35,930 nucleotides of DNA from a virus. Its lineage: Duplodnaviria > Heunggongvirae > Uroviricota > Caudoviricetes. A program made the translations under genes and the position numbers. Below, one piece after another: positions 8,752 through 17,643 of the stretch; the stretch's first letter is position 1, and every line of letters begins with the position of its first letter. The stretch is from IMG/VR virus record IMGVR_UViG_2711768046_000005, one strand, 5' to 3'. The notes below the pieces were generated by a model. That model saw nothing but the letters and a program-made list of their open reading frames with translations. It searched no databases and had not been told where the DNA came from.

Positions 8752-10086
8752 ATGTTTAGCTTAATCATGGCCGGAGAACCGGACGTTTTTGACCGCTGGC
8801 CGTGTATGGACCCTGAGCTTAAAGAAGGCAAGGAAAGCTTCTCGATGTCCCGCATGCTGGAAGGCACCCCAAGCAATATTTACAGAAAATTAACACCAAT
8901 AAGACCCGATACCTTAAGAGTACTCGCCAAGCTACCGGTGTTGTTCATGACCGAAATTTATACAAAAGATGATGAATATGATACAAACAAGTACATCAGG
9001 ATCAGGCTTGGGGAAATAAGAAATTTACGTAAAGATGGTGGCGATATTTTATTTTCTTTCAAGATTAATCATGATTTTGGAGAAATAACGAATCCCCAAA
9101 CGACATTATATAAAGAAACCCTAGGACTAGGATCTTTCGGGTTAAGTCGTACACATTGGGCAGTAAAAAATAAGGATTTGAATATTGTTCTGGAATTACT
9201 TGGTTTAAACAAAAAAAATAGCCATCTGAAAGGTACAATCAAATTAAAAAAACAAACATACCCAGTAGTCGAGAATATTATAGATTATCTTAATTTCATT
9301 AAGAAAAACTTTCGTGATGGTCTCATTACCTTCTATCGTGGACACTCTAAAAGCTCATATGAGCTTGTCCCCTCTCTTTACAGAAAAAATCAAAACGGGA
9401 CGTACAGGCATCTTGCTTCAGAATCTGATTTAGTACGTGAAATACTCAGCGCAAGACCAAATGAATTTAAGGAGGATAAATTTACGATTGATAAACTTGT
9501 CCGCATGCAGCATTATGGCTTGCCTACAAGACTCTTAGACATTACATCTAACCCACTGATAGCATTATATTTTGCTTGCTGTTCGAACCCCGATGAAAAC
9601 GGACAGGTGATTGCGTTTTCAACAAACAGAAAGAAAATTAAATATTTCGACTCAGACACAGTGAGCTGTATAGCAAACTTATCACTTTTATCTTACGAAG
9701 AGTTGGAAAAATTGTCTTCCATTGATGCCAGAAAAGGTAGTATGGAGTTACCTGAACTCACTGATAAACTTGCAGACCTTATACAGAATGAAAAATCATA
9801 TTTCAGAAACAGAATAATCCCTGATGACTTAAAGAAAGTTGTTTTCCTTAAGGCAAAAATAAATAATGAACGCATACAATCTCAGGCAGGAGCTTTTCTT
9901 CTGTTCGGACTTGATCCCATTTTACCGGAAACAGATGCTGAGTTTCCTCTTAACAGAGTGGAGATAGCGAACAAAAATAAAATTCTGGAAGAGCTGGCAC
10001 AGCTTAATATATCCGAAAGCACTGTATATCCCAGCATGGAGAAAACGGCAGCAGAAATTACAAAAAAGTTTTTATCGGTATCATAA
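8752..10086 (+). CDS. FRG-domain protein with an uncharacterised N-terminal domain (444 aa), cargo at the P2 Z/fun position
   Basis: SD AGGAG (8741-8745) lies 6 nt before the ATG. Motifs FYRGH...LVPSLYR (aa 194-211), MQHYGLPTRLLDITSNPLIALYFAC (aa 252-276) and NNERIQSQAGAFLLFG (aa 371-386) fit my recollection of the FRG family (PF08867). The gene is AT-rich and on the strand opposite the flanking late genes. Confidence 0.65.
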   Translation: MFSLIMAGEPDVFDRWPCMDPELKEGKESFSMSRMLEGTPSNIYRKLTPIRPDTLRVLAKLPVLFMTEIYTKDDEYDTNKYIRIRLGEIRNLRKDGGDILFSFKINHDFGEITNPQTTLYKETLGLGSFGLSRTHWAVKNKDLNIVLELLGLNKKNSHLKGTIKLKKQTYPVVENIIDYLNFIKKNFRDGLITFYRGHSKSSYELVPSLYRKNQNGTYRHLASESDLVREILSARPNEFKEDKFTIDKLVRMQHYGLPTRLLDITSNPLIALYFACCSNPDENGQVIAFSTNRKKIKYFDSDTVSCIANLSLLSYEELEKLSSIDARKGSMELPELTDKLADLIQNEKSYFRNRIIPDDLKKVVFLKAKINNERIQSQAGAFLLFGLDPILPETDAEFPLNRVEIANKNKILEELAQLNISESTVYPSMEKTAAEITKKFLSVS

Positions 10087-10228
10087 AGGGATAAACTAAA
10101 GGAAACGAAAACTAAGACTGCGCAGTCTTCAGGTGGAAGTACTCATCGGGAACGGTTTCAGGGGCAAAAACTGGAAGCTCCAATGGCCTTGAGCTGCTCC
10201 CTATAAATTAACATATCTCAATGTTATC

Positions 10229-10264
10229 AATGTCTGCTTTTGGCACAGAGCGGACTGTCAGATT
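10229..10264. repeat. 36-bp inverted-repeat element, copy B (right border of FRG cargo island)
   Basis: The sequence aatgtctgcttttggcacagagcggactgtcagatt is the inverted partner of 8422-8457. Confidence 0.8.
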
Positions 10265-10316
10265 AGGCTTTACTCTGTGCCATAGATATGTAAGCTCACA
10301 CCAGAGCTCATGCAAC

Positions 10317-10844
10317 TTATTGCGGCATTTCCGGCCATTCAGGATTTGCAGGATCCACACGGCTGACCAGAACGCTGTAGCGTTCCCATGACTCCAGTCG
10401 TGCGCGCTCCTCATCCGTCGCCATATTCAGCCTGACGGCGCGTTCCAGCGGCTGGATAACTGATTCAGCTTCGGAAAGTAACGCGGCCTTTTGTGATTCG
10501 GCCTGTTGTTGCTGTTCGTCTGCCGTATAAATCCGCTTAATCACGGCACCATCCTTAAACATCCATTTACCTGAGTCATCAGCACGTCGGTTGGAGGTAA
10601 TATCAGGAACCTCGACAACGCTGAAACCTTCAGGGTTAAGCGTTGAAGCATCTCTGGTGATGCCGACAATTATATTATTCTCGTCGTAAACAATCTTTAT
10701 CGTGTCTTCCTGAAAATTACTTACTTCCTCATACCAGTTTTTTCCGTCCTCAGAGTAAAGCCAGATAACTCCGTGTTTCTTTGTTAACTCATACTGTTCC
10801 AGTGTTTTAGCGTTACCCGCTTTTATGTTCTTTAAGTGCATCAT
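10317..10844 (-). CDS. G: Tail fibre assembly chaperone G (175 aa)
   Basis: P2 gpG length. The conserved C-terminus ...[38 protein letters not shown] is recognised. Confidence 0.9.
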   Translation of the reverse strand: MMHLKNIKAGNAKTLEQYELTKKHGVIWLYSEDGKNWYEEVSNFQEDTIKIVYDENNIIVGITRDASTLNPEGFSVVEVPDITSNRRADDSGKWMFKDGAVIKRIYTADEQQQQAESQKAALLSEAESVIQPLERAVRLNMATDEERARLESWERYSVLVSRVDPANPEWPEMPQ

Positions 10845-10845
10845 A

Positions 10846-13020
10846 TTAAACGCTCGCTACATTATACCAGGTGCCATTTATATACTTTTGGACGGCTCTG
10901 TAATAAACACCCGCTATATTATCGGCAGAGTTGGAACCTGTATCCTGAACATTAATACCAGACAATACATGACCTGATGGGCACTGGAAATTCCATGTTT
11001 GCCAGTTGTTCACTCCATAATATTGCTGTGAACCAAGTCGAACATCTTTCACATATCTGGAATCAAAATTGCCATAGTTGCCGGGAATAACTTGCGAACC
11101 ACAAAGCCAGTTACCGTTATTATCCATGTATGCCTGACCATCGGTGCCATTGGCTGTCCTTGAGTTATTAATCATGTAGATGCCAAATTGCTTATTTCCC
11201 AGACCGCCAATCATAAATTTGCGGTCGGCATGGTCCTGACGGAGCAAAGCCTGAGCACCATCAGTGGATACCGCATTACGTCCAAAAATAACATTCTGGT
11301 CACGCATATGAATCCACATGCCTGTGCTGCTGTTAATTGCAAGGCGGTTTGCGTACACCCATGCGTTAGTTGTTATATCTCCTGTAACATCCAGAGCGTG
11401 CCCCATAGTTATGCGACCAGTTCTGAGATTCAACGAAAAGGGGCGTAGTGGCCCGATATCACCATTTTCCCCCTCATTCTCTCGTGTGGGGATAATATGC
11501 AGGCATTCTTCAGAACGGCGAAAAATAGCACCAAAGGATGAATTAAAGATTCTCAGTGCATTGACTGTCGATATTTTTACTTCACTGCTGAAAAGGGCTT
11601 TAACAAGGACAGACAAAGCATCCCATTTAAGATTCATCAGGTCTTTTGTTGTGGTGCCCTGACGGCTTCTCCATTTGAAATATTCATTGCCGTTGTCGCC
11701 TGTTTCAAACCACATGTATGAATCAGTGTCACCATCGGCATCATTTTTAAATCCAATCTTCGCCCAGTCAGTATTTCGAATCCAGGCAAGGATTGAGTCG
11801 TTTTCAAAAGTAAGTCCACCGGACAAGGTATCGCCATTTTTTTGCACGGCGTTCCCGGCTCGGTTTACCGTTTCCTGTAAACCGAGATATTCGATAACGG
11901 CGGCAACGGTCGATTTAGCCAGAATATCCCGCCCGACTTTTGTCAGGGTCGCCAGGCTGGCAACATCATTCCCCGTAAAATACGGAAACCTGTCTGCCGC
12001 AGTAGCAAGCCCCGCCAGCGCCGTCAAAGTGGCATCTTTCGGTTGCTTACCCGCAAGCGCATTAGTCATGGTGGTAGCAAAATTCGGGTCATTGCCCAGC
12101 GCCGCCGCCAGCTCGTTCAGCGTATTCAGTGCGTCAGGCGACGAGTCTACAAGGGCGGCAATCGCGGCCATAACGAAAGCCGTGTTTGCGATCTGAGTAT
12201 TATTCGTTCCCTGTCGCGCAGTTGGCGTCGTTGGCGTTCCGGTCAGTGCAGGGCTGTTTAATGGCGCTTTCTTGTTCGTTTCATCCATTACCGTCTTAAC
12301 GGCTTTTGGTGTTGCGGCGAGCGTTTCAGACATGCTGTTGGTCGCACTACTTAGCTGGACAAGACCTTTTCGCGCTGTGGTAGCGTCCTGTGCGGTATAT
12401 TTCCCGTTAGCAAGGTCATATGCGGCCTTAACCGCTTTCGGCGTTGCGGCCAGTGTTTCAGACGTGCTGTTGGTCGCATTGCTTAACTGAGTAAAACCTT
12501 TTGCGGTCAGCGAGGCGTCCGGGTGACGTCGTGACTGTTCATGCTCTGCAATTTTGCCATCAACGTAATCCTGCGTCGCCATCACCGTTGTGGTGTCAAT
12601 GGTCAGCTCCACTGAGGCCACACTGCTGACGATGATGACCATGCGGCAGGTCTGCGAACGCCCTGAGCCTTCGGCAAGGGTAGGTTTATAACTTTCGGCC
12701 ATGTTCGCCACGGCAATTAACGTTCCCGCATCATCGTACAGGCCAAGCTCTCGCATCCAGAAACCGCCCACCTCCGGCGGAATAACCAGCTCTGCGATAA
12801 TATAATTACTGTTTCGTTTGTCCTGGCTGATTTTGTTCAGCGCATGTCGCCAGACTTCGTGGATAAGCCCGGTCTGTCCGGCATCCGGGACAGGCAATTT
12901 ACCACCGCCATCCCCGACGGCCATCGTGGTAATGTTGACCTTCCGCCCTCCCGGTGCGGTTGCCGCTGCCAGCTTTGCTGCACCGGCAGTGGTGATAACG
13001 GTTTTGAATTTTGTGCTCAT
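10846..13020 (-). CDS. H: Tail fibre protein H (724 aa)
   Basis: The N-terminus [25 protein letters not shown]... is P2 gpH-like. It has internal tail-fibre repeats, and the C-terminal part is AT-richer. Confidence 0.9.
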   Translation of the reverse strand: MSTKFKTVITTAGAAKLAAATAPGGRKVNITTMAVGDGGGKLPVPDAGQTGLIHEVWRHALNKISQDKRNSNYIIAELVIPPEVGGFWMRELGLYDDAGTLIAVANMAESYKPTLAEGSGRSQTCRMVIIVSSVASVELTIDTTTVMATQDYVDGKIAEHEQSRRHPDASLTAKGFTQLSNATNSTSETLAATPKAVKAAYDLANGKYTAQDATTARKGLVQLSSATNSMSETLAATPKAVKTVMDETNKKAPLNSPALTGTPTTPTARQGTNNTQIANTAFVMAAIAALVDSSPDALNTLNELAAALGNDPNFATTMTNALAGKQPKDATLTALAGLATAADRFPYFTGNDVASLATLTKVGRDILAKSTVAAVIEYLGLQETVNRAGNAVQKNGDTLSGGLTFENDSILAWIRNTDWAKIGFKNDADGDTDSYMWFETGDNGNEYFKWRSRQGTTTKDLMNLKWDALSVLVKALFSSEVKISTVNALRIFNSSFGAIFRRSEECLHIIPTRENEGENGDIGPLRPFSLNLRTGRITMGHALDVTGDITTNAWVYANRLAINSSTGMWIHMRDQNVIFGRNAVSTDGAQALLRQDHADRKFMIGGLGNKQFGIYMINNSRTANGTDGQAYMDNNGNWLCGSQVIPGNYGNFDSRYVKDVRLGSQQYYGVNNWQTWNFQCPSGHVLSGINVQDTGSNSADNIAGVYYRAVQKYINGTWYNVASV
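12295..12502 (-). repeat. Two 76-bp imperfect direct repeats (12295-12370 and 12427-12502), period 132 bp, inside H
   Basis: They encode the duplicated motif L(S/V)..[16 protein letters not shown] (phage tail-fibre repeat). The two DNA copies align without gaps. Confidence 0.85.
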
Positions 13021-13030
13021 TATTCCTCAC

Positions 13031-13561
13031 TTATCCGGGGTAAACCGTAATTACATCGCCGTCATAAGCCACACCACCGACGAACAGGTAGCCGGGAATG
13101 TCCCGGGTAATGTTCAGGCCAATAAGGTGGCGGCTTGCAGGTTTGGCATCAGCAATCAGCCGTTCCATTTCCTGATACATTGCCTCTGTGATACCGCTTT
13201 CCAGTACACCAATATCAAGCCGGAAGGTGCCGGGCGGGTCACTGTTTTCCCACCACTCCGTCACGTTGATGAGATAGCCGAGCGGCTCCACCACACGCCG
13301 GATTGCACCTATCGTGCCCTTATGACAGTGGATGAAATAGGCATCGCGGATAACGGCGCGTTTGGTCGCTTCCGGCCACTTTTCATCCCATCTGTCGACC
13401 GAAAACGCCCACGCCAGCCACGGCAGCAGATTTGCCGGGCAGGTGTCCGGGTTCCACAGCTCACGAATACTGACCGGCGTTTTTTCAATTTCCGCACAGG
13501 CTTTTGCAGCGGCGACTTCAAGCGGTGATGAGCCGGTCGGCAGCAGGCGCGAATCACTCAT
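13031..13561 (-). CDS. I: Baseplate protein I (176 aa)
   Basis: P2 gpI length and synteny. There is an 8-nt overlap with J. Confidence 0.9.
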   Translation of the reverse strand: MSDSRLLPTGSSPLEVAAAKACAEIEKTPVSIRELWNPDTCPANLLPWLAWAFSVDRWDEKWPEATKRAVIRDAYFIHCHKGTIGAIRRVVEPLGYLINVTEWWENSDPPGTFRLDIGVLESGITEAMYQEMERLIADAKPASRHLIGLNITRDIPGYLFVGGVAYDGDVITVYPG

Positions 13562-14462
13562 CCGAGCCTCCGGTCACGACGCGGTATTCGGTACAGAAAG
13601 ACGCCTGCGTACTGTTGAGCACGATGTCGGCCAGCGGTGCAGCCAGTTCGACACGCTGCACGCCTTCCACATGCAAAGCGGCATAAATGGCAGATAGTCG
13701 GATGTCGCGCCCCAGCCGGTGCTGTGCCGTGATATACGCTTCCAGTTTTTTCACGGCGGCAGCGCGAATGGGTTCGCTTTCGGGGCCAGGGTAAAGGTAA
13801 AGCGTGGCATTTATCTGGTATTCAACGATGGCGGCAGACTGCACGGTCACACGGTCGGCCACCGGTCTGACGTCCTCGCCATTCAGGGCGTTGCGCACCA
13901 CAGCCAGCAGGTCTTCAGATGCCACACCGTTATTTTCACGTGACAGCACAGAGATGGTGACACAGGCCGGAGACGGACTGGTGACAGAGATATCCGCGAC
14001 ACGCCCGTCGGCACTGCGACCATGATACTGATAGGCACCCACCGACCCGGCAACGCTTAAACCTTCAAACGCCTGCTGAATACGCAGACGATAATCGGTG
14101 TCAGACTCCATCACTGCCGGTGTCGGCGGGATGGTCGAATCATCTGCCGGGGTGATAGTCAGGCGTGTGGTGTTGTAATTGGCACCAATCACATCAAGGT
14201 CATTACCGGCAGCACAGGCCAGCATCACCGCCCGTGCGGCCTCATTCACACGCTGACGCCAGATAAGCTCACGATAAGCATTTTCCTCCAGCAGTTTGAC
14301 GAGAGGTTCGGATTCCAGCGTCAGGGTACGGGCGACCGCCTCCTGCTGGTCTTCCGGGTAAAGGGAAATTAGTGTCGCCTTGCGTTCGGCAAGAATGGTT
14401 TCAAAGTCCAGCTCCTCGACCACATCCGGTGCGGGTAGCTGGTTCAGGTCGATAATCGGCAT
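13554..14462 (-). CDS. J: Baseplate wedge protein J (302 aa)
   Basis: P2 gpJ length and synteny. Confidence 0.9.
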   Translation of the reverse strand: MPIIDLNQLPAPDVVEELDFETILAERKATLISLYPEDQQEAVARTLTLESEPLVKLLEENAYRELIWRQRVNEAARAVMLACAAGNDLDVIGANYNTTRLTITPADDSTIPPTPAVMESDTDYRLRIQQAFEGLSVAGSVGAYQYHGRSADGRVADISVTSPSPACVTISVLSRENNGVASEDLLAVVRNALNGEDVRPVADRVTVQSAAIVEYQINATLYLYPGPESEPIRAAAVKKLEAYITAQHRLGRDIRLSAIYAALHVEGVQRVELAAPLADIVLNSTQASFCTEYRVVTGGSDE

Positions 14463-14466
14463 GGTT

Positions 14467-14814
14467 TCAACTCACAGGGATGGTTAACGAAAGTGGCTGG
14501 CCGGTGTCGTTGTGCTGGCCGGTTAACGTGACCGTCATTCGCCCGTCAAAACCGCGCTCAGTGGTGACGGATGACAGGGTGACGCGGGGTTCCCATTTCA
14601 GCACAGCCATGTAACAGGCGACCTTAATCTGCAACTCAAGCGCCGGGGTCTGCGGCTGGTCAATCATTGATGCCAGCAACGAGCCGTAATCACGACGCAT
14701 CACCCGTGAGCCGACCGGTGTACGCAGGATATCGCCGATACTCTGGCTGATATGCTCAAGGTCAGTGACAGTCAGGCCATCACTGCGATTCATTCCGAGA
14801 TAACGCGCTGTCAT
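14467..14814 (-). CDS. W: Baseplate protein W (115 aa, gp25-like)
   Basis: P2 gpW length and synteny. There is a 4-nt overlap with V. Confidence 0.9.
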   Translation of the reverse strand: MTARYLGMNRSDGLTVTDLEHISQSIGDILRTPVGSRVMRRDYGSLLASMIDQPQTPALELQIKVACYMAVLKWEPRVTLSSVTTERGFDGRMTVTLTGQHNDTGQPLSLTIPVS

Positions 14815-15446
14815 AAAGGACTCCCGGTTGTGCCGCCGCTGTCGCCGGGGTGTTTATGGGTATGCAGTACCTTACCGTTTGATGAGAGTTCACCGCCGGT
14901 ATGTTCAATGTTGCCGCGCATCGTCCCGCCCTTCTGCACTTCCAGCGTGCCGGTAATCAGCCTGTTGGTGCAGACCACCTCCGGTGTGTCCAGGGTGACG
15001 CGGGTTGATGCTTTCACCATGACCACCGGCACCGTGGCAGTAACAGAATCAGAGGCCGTCACGCTGGCCGTTTTAATTCCGCTTACCGTAAGTGCACTGG
15101 TTTCGGGTTCATATTCAATCACCGCCCCGTCAGGGAAACGGATATGCAGGGCATCCGCCGACGCAGACGGCGCGGGGTTATCGCCGGAATAAATCCCCGG
15201 CAGAACGAACGCCGTGTCGAGTTCACCGCCCACGGCCAGAATCAGCACCTGTTCCCCCACGGAAGGTGCCCACCATGTGCGCGAACGCCCGGCGCGATGG
15301 GTCAGCCACTGAAGCCAGTCGGTGCACATGCCGCCGGTCTGCACACGGCAGCGACCGGCGTTAAGGTCGGTTTCGACGACAATGCCGGTGCGTATCATGT
15401 TGCGCAGTGCGCGCGCGAGTTCCTGAATATTTGATAATGTGCTCAT
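14811..15446 (-). CDS. V: Baseplate spike protein V (211 aa)
   Basis: MSTLSNIQELARALRNMIRTGIVVETDLNAGRCRVQTGG... is recognised. The start was trimmed to Met24 of the 234-aa ORF to give the P2 length of 211 aa. Confidence 0.85.
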   Translation of the reverse strand: MSTLSNIQELARALRNMIRTGIVVETDLNAGRCRVQTGGMCTDWLQWLTHRAGRSRTWWAPSVGEQVLILAVGGELDTAFVLPGIYSGDNPAPSASADALHIRFPDGAVIEYEPETSALTVSGIKTASVTASDSVTATVPVVMVKASTRVTLDTPEVVCTNRLITGTLEVQKGGTMRGNIEHTGGELSSNGKVLHTHKHPGDSGGTTGSPL

Positions 15447-15492
15447 ACGGCAATAATGAGAGATATATACTCGATAAACCATTACAACCCGT

Positions 15493-15510
15493 TGTATCAT
15501 TTTTGGCACA
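15493..15510 (-). promoter_or_regulatory. Ogr-responsive dyad of late promoter P_V (perfect TGT-N12-ACA)
   Basis: The sequence tgtatcatttttggcaca is centred at 15501.5, about 55 bp upstream of the V ATG region. A CATTAT -10-like hexamer lies at 15458-15453. P2 late promoters are known to carry TGT-N12-ACA near -55. Confidence 0.55.
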
Positions 15511-15529
15511 ATCAAGAAGGAACTGAAGT

Positions 15530-16273
15530 ATGGATAAATATCAAATCTGGGAAAATCAAAAAGACACCATCGCCCACCAAGAGTATTTAAAAATCTCCGA
15601 CACCAATTTACTTGGACATATGCATATTGCCAATTACGAAGTTGCCCAACATGAATTAAGCAAATTCAACTCCCCTGACATTGTTTCCCGTCATTCATTT
15701 AACAGAGACAAATTTAAAAAAGAACATTTAAACATATCAAGACACCTTTTCAATTATATATCTTCAGCATTATCATTTAGAGATTCAACGCGCAACCTAC
15801 TTAAAACAAAAGCATTAAATATTGCCGACATTAAAATCAAATCAGAGGCATTCATCAATCATGAATTCCGAAATAATCCAGTAATAAAATTAATGGAGGA
15901 CTTAAGAAACATCCTGACGCATCAAAACATGATCGCCCCATCAATATCATCATTCATGCACCTCCAAAGAAATATAAACATGCACGGCTTTTCATTTAAG
16001 ATTGAAAGAATCTTAAACAATGACAGAACCACCAAACAAACAAAAGAATATTTAATCTCACTAAAGCAAAAAAACTTATTCATTTTACCGATAATAGAAG
16101 AATACCAATACACGACTCTTAAGTATCAACACTGGCTTTTAGCAAGTATCTACACTGTTCATCAAGATACTTACCAAGAATACTGGAATGCGAGAAAAAA
16201 CATCATGAACGAATGGGGAGGAGACACTCAGCTAATACCTAAAGAGAGTGAGCTCACTTATTTAACCAGATAA
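15530..16273 (+). CDS. Hypothetical 247-aa protein with two RNxxxH (HEPN-like) motifs, cargo at the P2 orf30 position
   Basis: SD AAGGA (15517-15521) lies 8 nt before the ATG. The gene is very AT-rich and divergent from V. Motifs are LRNILTH (aa 125-131, nt 15902-15922) and QRNINMH (aa 146-152). I recognise no other family. Confidence 0.6.
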   Translation: MDKYQIWENQKDTIAHQEYLKISDTNLLGHMHIANYEVAQHELSKFNSPDIVSRHSFNRDKFKKEHLNISRHLFNYISSALSFRDSTRNLLKTKALNIADIKIKSEAFINHEFRNNPVIKLMEDLRNILTHQNMIAPSISSFMHLQRNINMHGFSFKIERILNNDRTTKQTKEYLISLKQKNLFILPIIEEYQYTTLKYQHWLLASIYTVHQDTYQEYWNARKNIMNEWGGDTQLIPKESELTYLTR

Positions 16274-16296
16274 CAACCTGGTCAGTTCGCAAACGG

Positions 16297-16327
16297 AAAA
16301 AACTGGCCGCGACATTTTATCGCGGCC
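16297..16327 (-). terminator. Rho-independent terminator between the S operon and the orf30-position cargo (stem shared by both strands)
   Basis: The stem is ggccgcga (16305-16312) / tcgcggcc (16320-16327). On the - strand it is followed by ag+tttttt (A-run 16297-16302), and on the + strand by ttaaacatt. Confidence 0.7.
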
Positions 16328-16477
16328 TTAAACATTCAAACGATCACCATTGATGAATCCTTATGCCCCAATCGACTGTATATTTTCAAGTGGCAATTAA
16401 AACTTATCCGACGAAAATACAAAGAGTGTTATACAACAATCAACAACTCAGCAATAAAGCGTAAAAAAATTGCACAA

Positions 16478-16930
16478 CTAACGATCGAGGTGAGCCAGGA
16501 TAATCTCTTCAATCATCTGCACATCCTTACCGGTAAAGCCGAGCAAAGGACGCGCCGGATAATCAATTTTCTTACCGTCTTTCCGGTTTTCTTCCGACAG
16601 ACCAAACTGATGCACACTGGCGATTTTCGGCGACTTCCCGCCGTAAAATTCCATTGATGCCTGCTCCGGGCTGGCACGGATATGCAAAAAACGACTGGTA
16701 ATAAGTTTCGCAAACATTTTTCGCTTAACGCGACCGGTCTTTTTTCTGACGCTCTGCTGCTGGCGTGGCGCGTAGGGTGTGCCGTCCGGGGCTTTCTGAG
16801 CCATCACCCGACGCTGCTGACTCTGCCGCAGACGTTTCGCCAGTTCGGCACTCAGTCGCCGACGCCCTGACGGTGACAGCGACTCAATCAGTCCGGTCAG
16901 CCGGTCTTCAAAACGCTTGAACTCATTCAT
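16478..16930 (-). CDS. S: Tail completion protein S (150 aa)
   Basis: P2 gpS length and synteny. Confidence 0.9.
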   Translation of the reverse strand: MNEFKRFEDRLTGLIESLSPSGRRRLSAELAKRLRQSQQRRVMAQKAPDGTPYAPRQQQSVRKKTGRVKRKMFAKLITSRFLHIRASPEQASMEFYGGKSPKIASVHQFGLSEENRKDGKKIDYPARPLLGFTGKDVQMIEEIILAHLDR

Positions 16931-17390
16931 CCCACTTGCTCACCAGTTCGCCATTGATATAAAGCTCCATCGGGCGGGTGACCGGCTCCGGCGGCGTGGG
17001 TTCCGGGATATTCTTCACATGCAGCGCGCCGTCCACCTCACTGACCAGCGTGCGCTCGGTCAGCATCAGGCTGATGCTGATATCAAAGCTGCTGTCATTG
17101 TTGATGTCTGCATAAAACGTGAAGCCCTTTTTCTGGCCTTCGTCAGTGGTCATGATGTCGGGCTGATTTTCCCGCAGCCACGCCAGCACCGGCACGATGA
17201 GCAGGTCAAAATCACCGGTAAAGTCGGTCACAATGACATTGAGCGTGTAACGCTTTTCGAATGACAGCGACGTCGCCAGTGTGGAGGCAATACTCCCGTT
17301 ATCCACGAATATCCGCAGCATATCGGGGTTAGTTTTCAGTACCGTGACGGCATCAGTCAGCGCCCTGCGCAGGCTGTCGGGTTTGAGCAT
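16923..17390 (-). CDS. R: Tail completion protein R (155 aa)
   Basis: P2 gpR length and synteny. There is an 8-nt overlap with S. Confidence 0.9.
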   Translation of the reverse strand: MLKPDSLRRALTDAVTVLKTNPDMLRIFVDNGSIASTLATSLSFEKRYTLNVIVTDFTGDFDLLIVPVLAWLRENQPDIMTTDEGQKKGFTFYADINNDSSFDISISLMLTERTLVSEVDGALHVKNIPEPTPPEPVTRPMELYINGELVSKWDE

Positions 17391-17643
17391 CGTTTTCGTC
17401 CTGACAGTGTTTAATCATTTTTACCTGGCTGGCACAGCGTGCCAGCGCGTTCTCAAGCTGCCGGATATCGGCACTTAAATCGCCGTTCTTCTGCGGGTCA
17501 CTGCCCGGCATCGGGCAAAGGCTCACTTTCGGGCAGGCGTTGTGGACAATCACTGGCGTCGGTGCAGGCGGGGCGCTGGTGCAACCGGCGCACAGCATCA
17601 GGCAGGTCAGCACCGTACCAGCGGCGAAAATCTTCGTTTTCAT
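17353..17643 (-). CDS. lysC: LysC, outer-membrane lipoprotein spanin (Rz1-like, 96 aa), embedded out of frame in lysB
   Basis: It starts at Met40 of the 135-aa ORF. The signal and lipobox are MKTKIFAAGTVLTCLMLCAGC, followed by a Pro-rich mature part. The 96-aa length matches P2 LysC. Confidence 0.75.
   Translation of the reverse strand: MKTKIFAAGTVLTCLMLCAGCTSAPPAPTPVIVHNACPKVSLCPMPGSDPQKNGDLSADIRQLENALARCASQVKMIKHCQDENDAQTRQPAQGAD

Noticed and set aside
10208-10414. 68-aa - strand ORF overlapping the 3' end of G
   Set aside because: It is out of frame with the full-length G and has no SD. It starts inside G and runs out through the repeat/hairpin region.
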